A stretch of 64,000 nucleotides of DNA, from positions 35,357 to 99,356 of the forward strand of contig JADFRY010000003.1 in assembly GCA_022561055.1 (NCBI GenBank), given 5' to 3'. Shown one piece after another: positions 42,911 through 52,028 of the stretch. Every line of letters begins with the position of its first letter. Position 1 is the first letter of the stretch. The position numbers and the translations under genes were made by a program. This DNA comes from Nanobdellota archaeon (GTDB taxonomy: Archaea > Nanobdellota > Nanobdellia > Pacearchaeales > GW2011-AR1). The notes under the pieces are model-generated. The model was not told where the DNA came from. It worked only from the letters and a program-made list of their open reading frames with translations, and ran no database searches.

Positions 42911-43747
42911 ATGGCAGAGAAAGAAACAGTAAATGAACCGAAGGATGTTGTAGAGCCAACTCCTGAAGAACTTAAGAAATTAGAAAAAGAAGAAGGGAAA
43001 AGCGTAGAGAATATCGTTGCTGAAGGAGAGAAAGAAGGAATAAAAAAAGAAATAAAAATTAGTTATGAGGAAAGAAAAGCTGCTTTAGAAAAGCAAGAAA
43101 AAAGTGAGAAACTTGCCGCCTGGGTGCCTAAAACAAAAATAGGTAAGGATGTTAAATCCGGAAAAGAAAAAGATGTAGATAATATTCTTGAAAAAGGAAA
43201 AAAAATTCTTGAACCAGAAATTATTGATTCTCTTTTGAATTTAGAAAGCGAGTTAATTTCTATTGGGCAAGCTAAAGGAAAATTTGGAGGTGGAAAAAGA
43301 AGAGTGTGGAGGCAAACACAAAAAAAGACAAAGGAGGGAAATATTCTTACTTTTTCTGCCATGGCAATTGTCGGTGATAAAAAAGGACATATTGGTATTG
43401 GATATGGAAAAGCGAAAGAAACATTACCGGCACGAAAAAAGGCAATTAGAATAGCAAAACTTAATCTTATAAAAATTAAAATGGGTTGTGGAAATTTTGA
43501 TTGTTTATGTAATGAAGAGCATAGTGTACCTTTTGTTGTTGAAGGAAAATGCGGCAGTGTAAGAATTAAATTAATTCCTGCTCCTCAGGGAACTGGTCTT
43601 GTCGTTGGAGATGAATGCAAGAAAATCCTAAGATTAGTAGGAATTAAAGATGTTTATGGTGCTAGTAAGGGACACATAAGAACAACATTTAACTTAGCTA
43701 AAGCGTGTATTGATGCTTTAAGTAAAACAACAAAAATGAAAATATGA
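42911..43747 (+). CDS. rps5: Ribosomal protein S5 (uS5) with a K/E-rich N-terminal extension of about 70 aa
   Basis: FSAMAIVGDKKGHIGIGYGKAKE...IPAPQGTGLV. Confidence 0.95.
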   Translation: MAEKETVNEPKDVVEPTPEELKKLEKEEGKSVENIVAEGEKEGIKKEIKISYEERKAALEKQEKSEKLAAWVPKTKIGKDVKSGKEKDVDNILEKGKKILEPEIIDSLLNLESELISIGQAKGKFGGGKRRVWRQTQKKTKEGNILTFSAMAIVGDKKGHIGIGYGKAKETLPARKKAIRIAKLNLIKIKMGCGNFDCLCNEEHSVPFVVEGKCGSVRIKLIPAPQGTGLVVGDECKKILRLVGIKDVYGASKGHIRTTFNLAKACIDALSKTTKMKI

Positions 43748-44163
43748 TTTTAATAATAAGAATTTCAGGCATGATAGGAATTCCAAGAAATATTCAAGAA
43801 ACATTATTTAGAATGCGATTGAGAAGAAAATATTCTGCTATCCTTTTAGAAGATAATAATTTTAATAGAAAGTTATTGAAAAGAGTTAGGGATTATATAG
43901 CTTATGGAACAATAAAAAAAGAAATATTAGAAAAATTAATTGTTTTAAGAGGCAAGAGTATTGAAAAGGGAAAGAGCGTTGATGCTAAAAAGATTGTTGA
44001 TGAAATTGAAAAGAAAAGTTTGGAAAAGCAAGGACTAAAACCATTTTTTAGATTACATCCTCCTCGAAGAGGGATTGAAAGTAAAAAACATTTTGGAATT
44101 GGAAAAGGAGTCTTAGGAGATAATAAAGAAAAAATAAATGAATTAGTTGAAAGGATGTTGTGA
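43744..44163 (+). CDS. rpl30: Ribosomal protein L30 (uL30)
   Basis: LIIRISGMIGIPRNIQETLFRMRLRRKYSAIL. Confidence 0.9.
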   Translation: MILIIRISGMIGIPRNIQETLFRMRLRRKYSAILLEDNNFNRKLLKRVRDYIAYGTIKKEILEKLIVLRGKSIEKGKSVDAKKIVDEIEKKSLEKQGLKPFFRLHPPRRGIESKKHFGIGKGVLGDNKEKINELVERML

Positions 44164-44170
44164 AAGTATA

Positions 44171-44362
44171 ATGACTATACAAAATTTTATGTGGGAATGT
44201 GAATGTGGACATACTGAATATGACAAGATTTCTCCTCAAGAATGTATAAAGTGCTGGAAAATTAATAGTTTTATTCAAGTTCCAGAAGAGATAGTTAGGG
44301 AAAGAGAAAAAAGTATGTCAAAAGAAGATATGATTGATGAATTGGAGGAAATGGAAAAATGA
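44171..44362 (+). CDS. Small zinc-ribbon (rubredoxin-like) protein inserted between rpl30 and rpl15
   Basis: MWECECGHTEYDKISPQECIKCWKINSF (Cys pairs about 16 aa apart), acidic tail. The ORF-track start at 44147 overlaps rpl30. ATG 44171 is preferred. Confidence 0.45.
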   Translation: MTIQNFMWECECGHTEYDKISPQECIKCWKINSFIQVPEEIVREREKSMSKEDMIDELEEMEK

Positions 44363-44516
44363 AATACTATAAACAATTAATAACCTGCCTTAAAGGGCGA
44401 GTTATCTAATATGAAAATGTTAATGCGACTCAATCCATGTATAAGAAGAATTAATGTGGTGTTTAATATTAATAATTATATTTTTATTAATAGTACTAAA
44501 GAATTAAATTTTGAGG

Positions 44517-44540
44517 ACGGCAATTTATCATCCTTGCCGT
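44517..44540 (+). promoter_or_regulatory. Hairpin 7 nt upstream of the rpl15 start codon
   Basis: ACGGCAA-TTTATCATCC-TTGCCGT, 7-bp perfect stem. GAGG lies immediately 5' of it. Confidence 0.35.
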
Positions 44541-44547
44541 AGATATA

Positions 44548-44988
44548 ATGGAAATTAAAAAAAGAAAAAAATCAAGTAGACATAGAGGAAGTCATACGCA
44601 TGGCAGAGGTGCAAAAAAGAAAGCTCGTGGCAAGGGACACAGAGGAGGAGTTGGAAAAGCGGGAACAGGAAAAAGGGCAGACCAAAAAAAAACTCTTGTA
44701 TTGAAAAAATATGGAAACAAATATTTTGGAAAGGATAAGGCTCTCAGGAAGAATATTAAAAAGGAAGTTAAGATTATTAGTTTAGAAAACATCGTTGATA
44801 ATCTGGATTCTTTTGTCAAGAAAGGAGTTGCAAAAGAGAATAAAGGAATTTATGAGTTTGATTTGAGAGCTTATAAAGTGATAGGAAATAATGAAGTTAA
44901 TGTTAAATTAAGAATTGTTGCTAAGGCTGTTTCTAAAGGAGCTCGAGATGCAGTAAAGAAAGCCGGCGGAGAGGTTATTACGTCCTAA
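44548..44988 (+). CDS. rpl15: Ribosomal protein L15 (uL15)
   Basis: RKKSSRHRGSHTHGRGAKKKARGKGHRGGVGKAGTGKR. Confidence 0.95.
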   Translation: MEIKKRKKSSRHRGSHTHGRGAKKKARGKGHRGGVGKAGTGKRADQKKTLVLKKYGNKYFGKDKALRKNIKKEVKIISLENIVDNLDSFVKKGVAKENKGIYEFDLRAYKVIGNNEVNVKLRIVAKAVSKGARDAVKKAGGEVITS

Positions 44989-45001
44989 GTTTTAAAAACT
45001 C
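44987..45001 (+). promoter_or_regulatory. BRE/TATA-like box AAGTTTTAAAAACTC, about 26 nt upstream of the secY ATG
   Basis: Identical 15-mer also at 46427-46441. The spacing implies a leaderless or near-leaderless secY mRNA. Confidence 0.45.
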
Positions 45002-45019
45002 GCCTTCTTTAAATCATTC

Positions 45020-46405
45020 ATGGCGTTAAAGACAATCATACAGAATTTACCTGAGGTAAAGAAGCCTGTAGAAAAAAGAGTGAGCTTTAATACCAAGCTA
45101 AAATGGACTTTGATAATTCTTGGGGCTTTTTTTATCTTACTTAATATTCCGCTTCATGGTTTAAGCGCAAATGCTTTAGAAAGATTTGAGTTTCTAGCCG
45201 TTATTCTCGGAACTGACTTTGGAAGTGTAATTAGTTTAGGAATTGGCCCAATTGTCATGTCATCTATTATTTTGCAATTGCTAGTTGGTTCTGGAATTTT
45301 AAGTATTGATACGAAAACTGAAGAAGGAAAAAAATTCTTTCAGGGCATTCAAAAAATAGGGGTTCTCTTCTTTATTTTATTCGAATCATTTGTTTTTGTT
45401 TTGATGAGGGGCTTAGAAGCAACGCCGGGATTTACTGGTCTCGTTATATTTCAGCTGATTCTTGGAGGATTGGCAATAATGTTTATGGACGAAGTTGTGA
45501 GTAAATGGGGTTTTGGGTCTGGGGTTTCATTGTTCATTGTTGCCGGAGTATCTCTGCAGTTATTTGTTAGTTTATTTCAATTCATAGGAACTGCTGGAGA
45601 AAATTGCTTGATTAATTTTGGTGAGACTCCTTGCGCTGGACGAATTCTAGTTATTATACAGTCAATTATTAATGGTGCGCCAACAGAGGCTTTATTAGCG
45701 TTTTCTGTTATTGTCGTGACTGTTATTGTTTTTTTAGCAGTTGTATGGACTCAAAGTTTAAAAGTAGAGGTTCCCTTGAGTTATGATAGGTTAAGAGGTT
45801 ATGGAATAAAATGGCCTTTGGCATTCTTTTATGCTTCTGTTATTCCGGTAATTCTCGTTGCAGCATTGGCTGCTAACATACAACTGTTTGCTGGCTTAAT
45901 GGAAAATTGGCTTGGACGACCAACTTTCTTAGGCAGTTTTTCCCAAGGAGTACCTATTTCTGGGCTGGCTTATTGGATTGGCTCTTCTAACTTATTACAA
46001 TCTATAATTACAGGAAGTTTAAGAACAGTTCAACTTTTGCAGGGCCTTACTCATCTATTATTTTATATGTTCTTTGCCATGGTTTTCTCGGTCTTTTGGG
46101 TTAAAACTACTGGAATGGATGCTTCAGGGCAGGCGAGAAATATTCTCTCTTCAGGATTACAAATACCTGGTTTTAGGAAAGATGAAAGAATCCTAGAAAG
46201 TATTTTAGCAAGATATATTATGCCTTTAACAGTGATGGGTGGTTTGGCTATAGGAGCTCTGGCAGCTATAGCAGACGTTCTAGGTACTTTAACATCTGGA
46301 ACAGCAATCTTACTTGCGATTATGATTATGTATCAGCTTTATCAAAGTATTGCTCAACAACATGCTGTTGACATGCATCCTGTTTTGAGAAAAATTATTA
46401 AATAA
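45020..46405 (+). CDS. secY: Preprotein translocase subunit SecY
   Basis: 10-TM protein following rpl15. LGIGPIVMSSIILQLL and the C-terminal cluster motif. Confidence 0.95.
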   Translation: MALKTIIQNLPEVKKPVEKRVSFNTKLKWTLIILGAFFILLNIPLHGLSANALERFEFLAVILGTDFGSVISLGIGPIVMSSIILQLLVGSGILSIDTKTEEGKKFFQGIQKIGVLFFILFESFVFVLMRGLEATPGFTGLVIFQLILGGLAIMFMDEVVSKWGFGSGVSLFIVAGVSLQLFVSLFQFIGTAGENCLINFGETPCAGRILVIIQSIINGAPTEALLAFSVIVVTVIVFLAVVWTQSLKVEVPLSYDRLRGYGIKWPLAFFYASVIPVILVAALAANIQLFAGLMENWLGRPTFLGSFSQGVPISGLAYWIGSSNLLQSIITGSLRTVQLLQGLTHLLFYMFFAMVFSVFWVKTTGMDASGQARNILSSGLQIPGFRKDERILESILARYIMPLTVMGGLAIGALAAIADVLGTLTSGTAILLAIMIMYQLYQSIAQQHAVDMHPVLRKIIK

Positions 46406-46426
46406 ACCTGATTCTGTGAAGAACTG

Positions 46427-46441
46427 AAGTTTTAAAAACTC
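46427..46441 (+). promoter_or_regulatory. BRE/TATA-like box AAGTTTTAAAAACTC upstream of the DUF106 gene
   Basis: Identical to the secY box. ATG 46473 lies about 38 nt from the box centre. Confidence 0.45.
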
Positions 46442-46472
46442 CTTTTCTTTTTCTTAGTTGAAGAATATAAAA

Positions 46473-46874
46473 ATGGTGATAGAAATAATCCAGACTCATC
46501 CTCGTTGGAGTATTATAGTAATTGCTGGTATGGTTTCTTTTTTTATTAGTTTGATTAATTATTTTGTTCTCGACAAGGATAAAGTAAAGGAGATGAAACA
46601 AAAACAAAAGAAACTAAATGCGGAGATGAAAGCCGCTCGGGGAGATTCTGTTAAGACAATGGAATTGCAGAAAGAGTTGATGAGCCATATGGGAGAAAAC
46701 TTTAAACATAGTATGAAGCCAATGATTATCACAATTATTCCTGTTTTAGTTGTTTTCTGGTGGATAAAAGGAATTTTTGAAGAGACAACTATTGCTGGAA
46801 ACTGGCTTTGGTATTACATCGGATCTGCAATAGCTTTCAGTCTTGTTTTCAGGAAAGTTTTTAAACTACCTTAG
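46473..46874 (+). CDS. DUF106 / EMC3-TMCO1-like membrane protein (archaeal YidC/Oxa1-like insertase candidate)
   Basis: TM, then a K/E coiled segment (KDKVKEMKQKQKKLNAEMKAARGD...ELQKELM), then two TMs. Conserved position downstream of secY. The ORF-track start at 46458 is TTG. ATG 46473 is preferred. Confidence 0.7.
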   Translation: MVIEIIQTHPRWSIIVIAGMVSFFISLINYFVLDKDKVKEMKQKQKKLNAEMKAARGDSVKTMELQKELMSHMGENFKHSMKPMIITIIPVLVVFWWIKGIFEETTIAGNWLWYYIGSAIAFSLVFRKVFKLP

Positions 46875-46886
46875 AGAGAAAAATTA

Positions 46887-47273
46887 ATGGACCAAGAATT
46901 GATATTGAAAGCCGGGTTGCTGCATAGGCACTTTAATGAAATTGAAGAAAAGCTTAATTTTATTGAGCAACAGGTTTTTGAACTTCAAAATTTTGATATT
47001 GGCCTTGATGAGTTAGACAAAAGTAAAGAAAGTGGTATGCTAGCCCCTCTTGGAAAAGGAATTTTTATTGAATCAGAAATTAAAGACAAAAAATTATTTG
47101 TTGAAGTTGGTGCAGGTATTTTAATAAGAAAGAGTCCTGAAGAAGCTAGGAAAATAATCGTGCAACAAATTAATAAGTTAAAAGAAATAAAACATAATTT
47201 AAGTGATAATCTTACCTCAGTAAAAAAGGGTTTGGGAGATTTGATGAAAGAAGTTAAGAGGGCTGAAAGTTAA
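46887..47273 (+). CDS. pfdA: Prefoldin alpha subunit
   Basis: MLAPLGKGIFIESEIKDKKLFVEVGAGILIRKSPEEA flanked by coiled coils. Confidence 0.8.
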   Translation: MDQELILKAGLLHRHFNEIEEKLNFIEQQVFELQNFDIGLDELDKSKESGMLAPLGKGIFIESEIKDKKLFVEVGAGILIRKSPEEARKIIVQQINKLKEIKHNLSDNLTSVKKGLGDLMKEVKRAES

Positions 47274-47334
47274 ACAGGCCAAGGACTTTTTGATCTATAA
47301 AAAACTATTTAAGTTAGATTTCAGATAATGAACT

Positions 47335-48192
47335 ATGTTAGAAATGTTAATAAGCCCGCAAAAAGCGGAAAGAAAGCCTTGGGAGTTATTTTTCATAGGA
47401 ATTTTTTATGCAAGCATTTCTATCTTACTAGTTAATTGGATTTTTGTGCAAGACCCTGTTCTTTCGACGCGCTCAGGGATTTTAGTGGTTACTTTTACCG
47501 TTATGTTCTCGCTCCCTTTTATGTATTACGTTATAAAATTAGAAGAAAACAAAGCAACTCAGCATATGGGGGCGTTGCGGTTACTTAGAGAACACAGAAA
47601 AGCCATATGGGCGTTTTTATGGCTTTTTATGGGATTTGTAGTAGGATTCTCATTTTGGTATATTATTCTTCCAACTACTACGAGTTTTCAAGAGCAGATT
47701 GAAACTTTTTGTGCTATCAATAGCCCAGATAACTTTGGTGGGTGCGTTCAAAAATTTGGTGTCAAAGGCACGTCTGCGCCAACGGCTTTTTTATCAAATA
47801 AAGAAAGATTATTTTTAATTTTTTCAAATAATATCTATGTTTTAATTTTCACACTTATTTTTTCTCTTATTTTTGGTGCAGGTGCTATATTTATTCTTGC
47901 GTGGAACGCTAGTGTTATTGCAGCTGCTATCAGTATATTTACCCAGTCAAACTTAAATATTCTTCCGCTCGCTTTATTCCGGTATATGATTCATGGGCTG
48001 CCAGAAATTGCAGCTTATTTCGTAGGAGCTCTGGCAGGAGGAATAATATCAATTGCAGTGATACGACACGAAATGGGCACAGACAGATTCTGGAGTGTAC
48101 TTCAAGATTCTTTAAATCTAATAATACTGTCTGTCGTGCTGCTCTTTGTGGCTTCGATTCTGGAAGTTTTTATAACTCCTATCTTTTTTTGA
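47335..48192 (+). CDS. SpoIIM-like (DUF95) membrane protein
   Basis: Polytopic. RYMIHGLPEIAAYFVGALAGG matches the family HG-x-x-E motif. Confidence 0.65.
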   Translation: MLEMLISPQKAERKPWELFFIGIFYASISILLVNWIFVQDPVLSTRSGILVVTFTVMFSLPFMYYVIKLEENKATQHMGALRLLREHRKAIWAFLWLFMGFVVGFSFWYIILPTTTSFQEQIETFCAINSPDNFGGCVQKFGVKGTSAPTAFLSNKERLFLIFSNNIYVLIFTLIFSLIFGAGAIFILAWNASVIAAAISIFTQSNLNILPLALFRYMIHGLPEIAAYFVGALAGGIISIAVIRHEMGTDRFWSVLQDSLNLIILSVVLLFVASILEVFITPIFF

Positions 48193-48236
48193 TTTTTATT
48201 GAAAGATTTATATAAGGGTTTTTGATTATTTGAATA

Positions 48237-51008
48237 ATGGATGAAGCAGATAATATAATAGAAGAAAAGAAAGGCGAAGAGCCACCTGAGGGGAAAAAAG
48301 AGAAAAATTCTATAGAGGAAAATAAACTTATCAAAGAGAGAAAAGAGAAAATTATTAACTTTGTAAAACAGAAGTATAATTGGATTAGTTATGTTGTTTT
48401 AGCGATTATTGTTTGGATAGCTATAAGAATTAGAACAAGAAATCTCTCTGGTTTACGTGATGTGACTACTGGCGGATGGACTCTTGGTCCAGATCTGGAT
48501 CCTTTCTTATTTCTAAGATGGGCTAAATACATTGTAGAAAATGGAACTCTTTTTTCTCTTGATATGATGAGAAATGTTCCGATAGGTTTTAATACTAAAG
48601 CTGAACTACTTCTCCACCCATATATGATTGCTTGGTTTCATAACATTGTTTCTTATTTTAAAGACATATCTGTAGAACAATCTGCTGCCTTATATCCTGT
48701 TTTCTTTTTTGCAATAACAGTAATAGTTTTTTTCTTTTTAGTAAGAAAGATATTTATTGATAAACTTGGGGAAAGAGATGCAAATATTATCGCCCTTGTA
48801 TCTTCTTTTTTCTTAACTGTTCTTCCGCCGCTTCTACCGAGAACAATAGCAGGCATTCCTGAAAAAGAATCTGCAGCATTTTTCTTTTTGTTTATGTCTT
48901 TCTACTTGTTTTTATCAGCCTGGAAGTCAAAACATAAATATGGTAAATATATCTTGGCAATTTTAGCTGGGACGTCAACTGCTGGAATGGCTTTTATTTG
49001 GGGAGGATTTAATTTTATCTTTGTTATTTTATCCCTCAGTACTTTTATAGCGTTTGTTCTTGGTCAGGTAAACAAAGAAAAATTTTATATATATTCTATC
49101 TGGATATTTTCAGCTTTTATTATTATGCCATTGTTTAGCTCTAGGTATACTATAACTGGTTTAGTGAGCTCTGTTACTACTGGATTTGCCTTCTTAGTAT
49201 TTTTGATTATGGCGATTCATCTTATAATATATGGCACGAAAGTTAAAAATTACTTTAAATTAAATAAACTTGAAAAAGTTCCTCCTCAAATAATCTCTCT
49301 TAGTGTGACAATCTTAATAACCATTATTTTCGCATCGGTATTTTTTGGTCCTACATTTATTTTTGACAGGGCTGATACTATCACACAAGTTTTGGTAAAG
49401 CCCACAGTAAGCAGGATTGGTGTAACTGTAGCAGAAAACAGGCAGCCTTACTTTAATGAGTGGTCTAATAGTTTTGGTCCTATTATAATAGGAATTCCTA
49501 TTTTCTTCTGGTTATTTTTTATAGGTTCAATATATCTCTTTTTTAATATGGTTAAAGTTTTAAGGAAGAAAGAGAGATGGATTTTAACTTCGGGATATTT
49601 TGTTTTTCTTGTTGCGATTATATTCAGCAGATTCAGAAGTAATCATATATTAAACGGAGAGAATTTCACCAGTCTTTCTCTATATTTCATAGGGGTAATT
49701 ATATTTTTGGGAATTATGGGATTTTATTATTATAAGTACCACATGGAAGGGCTTGGAGATAAATTTAAGAGTATAGATTTTGGCATGATATTTATTTTTG
49801 TTTTTTTCTTCTTTAGCATTGTCTCTGCAAGAGGAGCGGTAAGACTGATAATGATGCTTGTTCCATCTGCCTCTATAATTGTGAGTTATTTTGTGGTTTC
49901 TATATCTAGCAAAGCAAAAGAAATTAAAGATAAAGGTAGTAAATGGGTTGGTTGGTTTATAATTGCTATCATAATAATTTCTGTTATTTTCTCAGGTTAT
50001 CAGTTTTATAAGATAAGCAATAGTACTGCTCAAGGTTACATACCCTCGGTATATAATCAACAATGGCAAAAAGCAATGTCTTGGGTAAGAGATAACACCC
50101 CAGAAAATGCTGTTTTTGGACATTGGTGGGATTATGGGTATTGGATTCAAACAATTGGACAGAGAGCTACTATTCTTGATGGAGGAAATGCGCAATCTTA
50201 TTGGAATCATTTAATGGGAAGGTATGCCTTAACAGGACCTGATGAGATGCAAGCCTTAGAATTCTTATATGCTCATAATACAACTCATTTCTTAATTGAT
50301 TCAACGGACATAGGAAAATATACTGCATTTTCTTCTATTGGAAGTGATGAAAACTACGACAGAAGAAGTTGGATCCATATTTTCTTGAAAGATAACACTC
50401 AAACCCAAGAAACAAAAAACTCAATAACTTTCTTTTATCGCGGAGGAAGTGTTCTTGATGAAGACATATTATATGAAGAAAATGATTCAAAAATATTTTT
50501 ACCTGGGGGTGGAGCAGGAATAGGTGGAATATTAGTTGAAAGAGATAATTCAGGAAAATTATCTGGCCAGCCTTTAGGAATTTATATTTATCAACAAAAC
50601 CAATATAACTTACCACTGAGATATGCATATGATAATGGCGAATTCATAGATTTTGGATCAGGCATTGAGGCAGGTATTTTCTTAATGCAAAAAATAGATG
50701 AGAATGCGGGGCAAGTGCAAATTGATCCTAATGGTGCTTTACTTTATTTAAGCAGGAGAACTGTTAAGTCCCAATTAGCAAAGTTCTATCTTTATAGTGA
50801 AGAAAATGAATTCTTCAAGATTGCTCACATAGAGAGTGATTTCATTATAAATAATCTAAGGTCACAAGGTCTTAATGTTGAAGAATTTGCATATTTCCGA
50901 GGATTTAGAGGTCCTATAAAAATATGGGAAATAAATTATCCTGAAGATATGGAATTTAAAGAAGAGTTTATAGATACTGCATACCCTGAATCATTGCAGA
51001 TAGCTTAA
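48237..51008 (+). CDS. aglB: Oligosaccharyltransferase AglB (STT3 homolog)
   Basis: 13-TM-like N-domain plus soluble C-domain with the invariant WWDYGYWI motif (GHWWDYGYWIQT). Confidence 0.9.
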   Translation: MDEADNIIEEKKGEEPPEGKKEKNSIEENKLIKERKEKIINFVKQKYNWISYVVLAIIVWIAIRIRTRNLSGLRDVTTGGWTLGPDLDPFLFLRWAKYIVENGTLFSLDMMRNVPIGFNTKAELLLHPYMIAWFHNIVSYFKDISVEQSAALYPVFFFAITVIVFFFLVRKIFIDKLGERDANIIALVSSFFLTVLPPLLPRTIAGIPEKESAAFFFLFMSFYLFLSAWKSKHKYGKYILAILAGTSTAGMAFIWGGFNFIFVILSLSTFIAFVLGQVNKEKFYIYSIWIFSAFIIMPLFSSRYTITGLVSSVTTGFAFLVFLIMAIHLIIYGTKVKNYFKLNKLEKVPPQIISLSVTILITIIFASVFFGPTFIFDRADTITQVLVKPTVSRIGVTVAENRQPYFNEWSNSFGPIIIGIPIFFWLFFIGSIYLFFNMVKVLRKKERWILTSGYFVFLVAIIFSRFRSNHILNGENFTSLSLYFIGVIIFLGIMGFYYYKYHMEGLGDKFKSIDFGMIFIFVFFFFSIVSARGAVRLIMMLVPSASIIVSYFVVSISSKAKEIKDKGSKWVGWFIIAIIIISVIFSGYQFYKISNSTAQGYIPSVYNQQWQKAMSWVRDNTPENAVFGHWWDYGYWIQTIGQRATILDGGNAQSYWNHLMGRYALTGPDEMQALEFLYAHNTTHFLIDSTDIGKYTAFSSIGSDENYDRRSWIHIFLKDNTQTQETKNSITFFYRGGSVLDEDILYEENDSKIFLPGGGAGIGGILVERDNSGKLSGQPLGIYIYQQNQYNLPLRYAYDNGEFIDFGSGIEAGIFLMQKIDENAGQVQIDPNGALLYLSRRTVKSQLAKFYLYSEENEFFKIAHIESDFIINNLRSQGLNVEEFAYFRGFRGPIKIWEINYPEDMEFKEEFIDTAYPESLQIA

Positions 51009-51009
51009 G

Positions 51010-52017
51010 ATGGTAAATTATATTTTGATGATTCCAATTTTAGTAAGTTTTTTTGTAACTCTGTTTATGATTCCAAGCTGGATAAAAAGGGCAAGAAAAG
51101 CAAATTTATTAGGAAAGGATATTAATAAATTTAAAAAAACAGAATTGCCAGAAGCTGGAGGAGTTACTGTCGTTACAGGTTTTGTATTAGGTTCATTACT
51201 ATATATAGCATTGAATACATTTATTTTTAATACAAGCGAAAACTTTATTGAATTGTTCGCTCTTTTAAGCACAATATTATTGATAACGTTTATAGCATTT
51301 GTAGATGATATTTTAGGATGGAAAATAGGCTTAAGAAAAAGAACAAGGTTAATTCTTGTTGCCTTGGCAGCCATACCTCTGATAGTTATAAATGCTGGTG
51401 AGTCTGAAGTAGGAATTCCTCTTTTAGGAACAATTGATTTGGGTCTTATCTATCCTTTAATAATTATCCCTATAGGAATCATAGGAGCAACCACGACATT
51501 TAACTTTTTAGCAGGATTTAATGGTCTCGAAGCAGGGCAGGGAATTTTATTAATGTTTGCTGTAGGAATAGTAGCTTTCTTTATAGGCAGCCCATGGCTT
51601 ACAATTATTGCTTTATGTATGGCGGCTGCATTACTTGCTTTTTTACTTTATAATTTTTATCCTGCCAAGGTCTATCCTGGCGATTCATTAACATATGCTG
51701 TCGGCGGTTTAATAGCTATTATTGCTATTTTAGGTAATTTTGAAAAAATAGCTGTATTCTTCTTTATACCTTATATAATAGAAACTGGATTAAAACTAAG
51801 AGGAAAATTAGTAAAACAATCTTTCGGTAAACCAAAAAAAGATGGGAGTTTAGATTTGGCTTATAAAAAGATTTATAGTTTAAATCATATAGCGATTTTA
51901 TTAATGAAAAAACTAGGCTGGAAGGCAACTGAGAAGCGAGTTGTATATTTTATATGGGGCTTTCAGATTCTCATTATTATCTTAGGATTTATAATATTTA
52001 AAAATGGAATATTCTAA
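51010..52017 (+). CDS. GT4-family polyprenyl-phosphate HexNAc-1-phosphate transferase (AglH/Alg7/MraY-like)
   Basis: FVDDILG and NFLAGFNGLEAGQG motifs. Polytopic. Starts 2 nt after aglB. Confidence 0.85.
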   Translation: MVNYILMIPILVSFFVTLFMIPSWIKRARKANLLGKDINKFKKTELPEAGGVTVVTGFVLGSLLYIALNTFIFNTSENFIELFALLSTILLITFIAFVDDILGWKIGLRKRTRLILVALAAIPLIVINAGESEVGIPLLGTIDLGLIYPLIIIPIGIIGATTTFNFLAGFNGLEAGQGILLMFAVGIVAFFIGSPWLTIIALCMAAALLAFLLYNFYPAKVYPGDSLTYAVGGLIAIIAILGNFEKIAVFFFIPYIIETGLKLRGKLVKQSFGKPKKDGSLDLAYKKIYSLNHIAILLMKKLGWKATEKRVVYFIWGFQILIIILGFIIFKNGIF

Positions 52018-52028
52018 GGAGTGTTAAA

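Noticed and set aside
44411-44542. 43-aa Asn/Ile-rich ORF in the rpl30-rpl15 spacer
   Set aside because: It is a low-complexity AT-driven translation with no SD or promoter logic, and it ends inside the hairpin. Probably non-coding.
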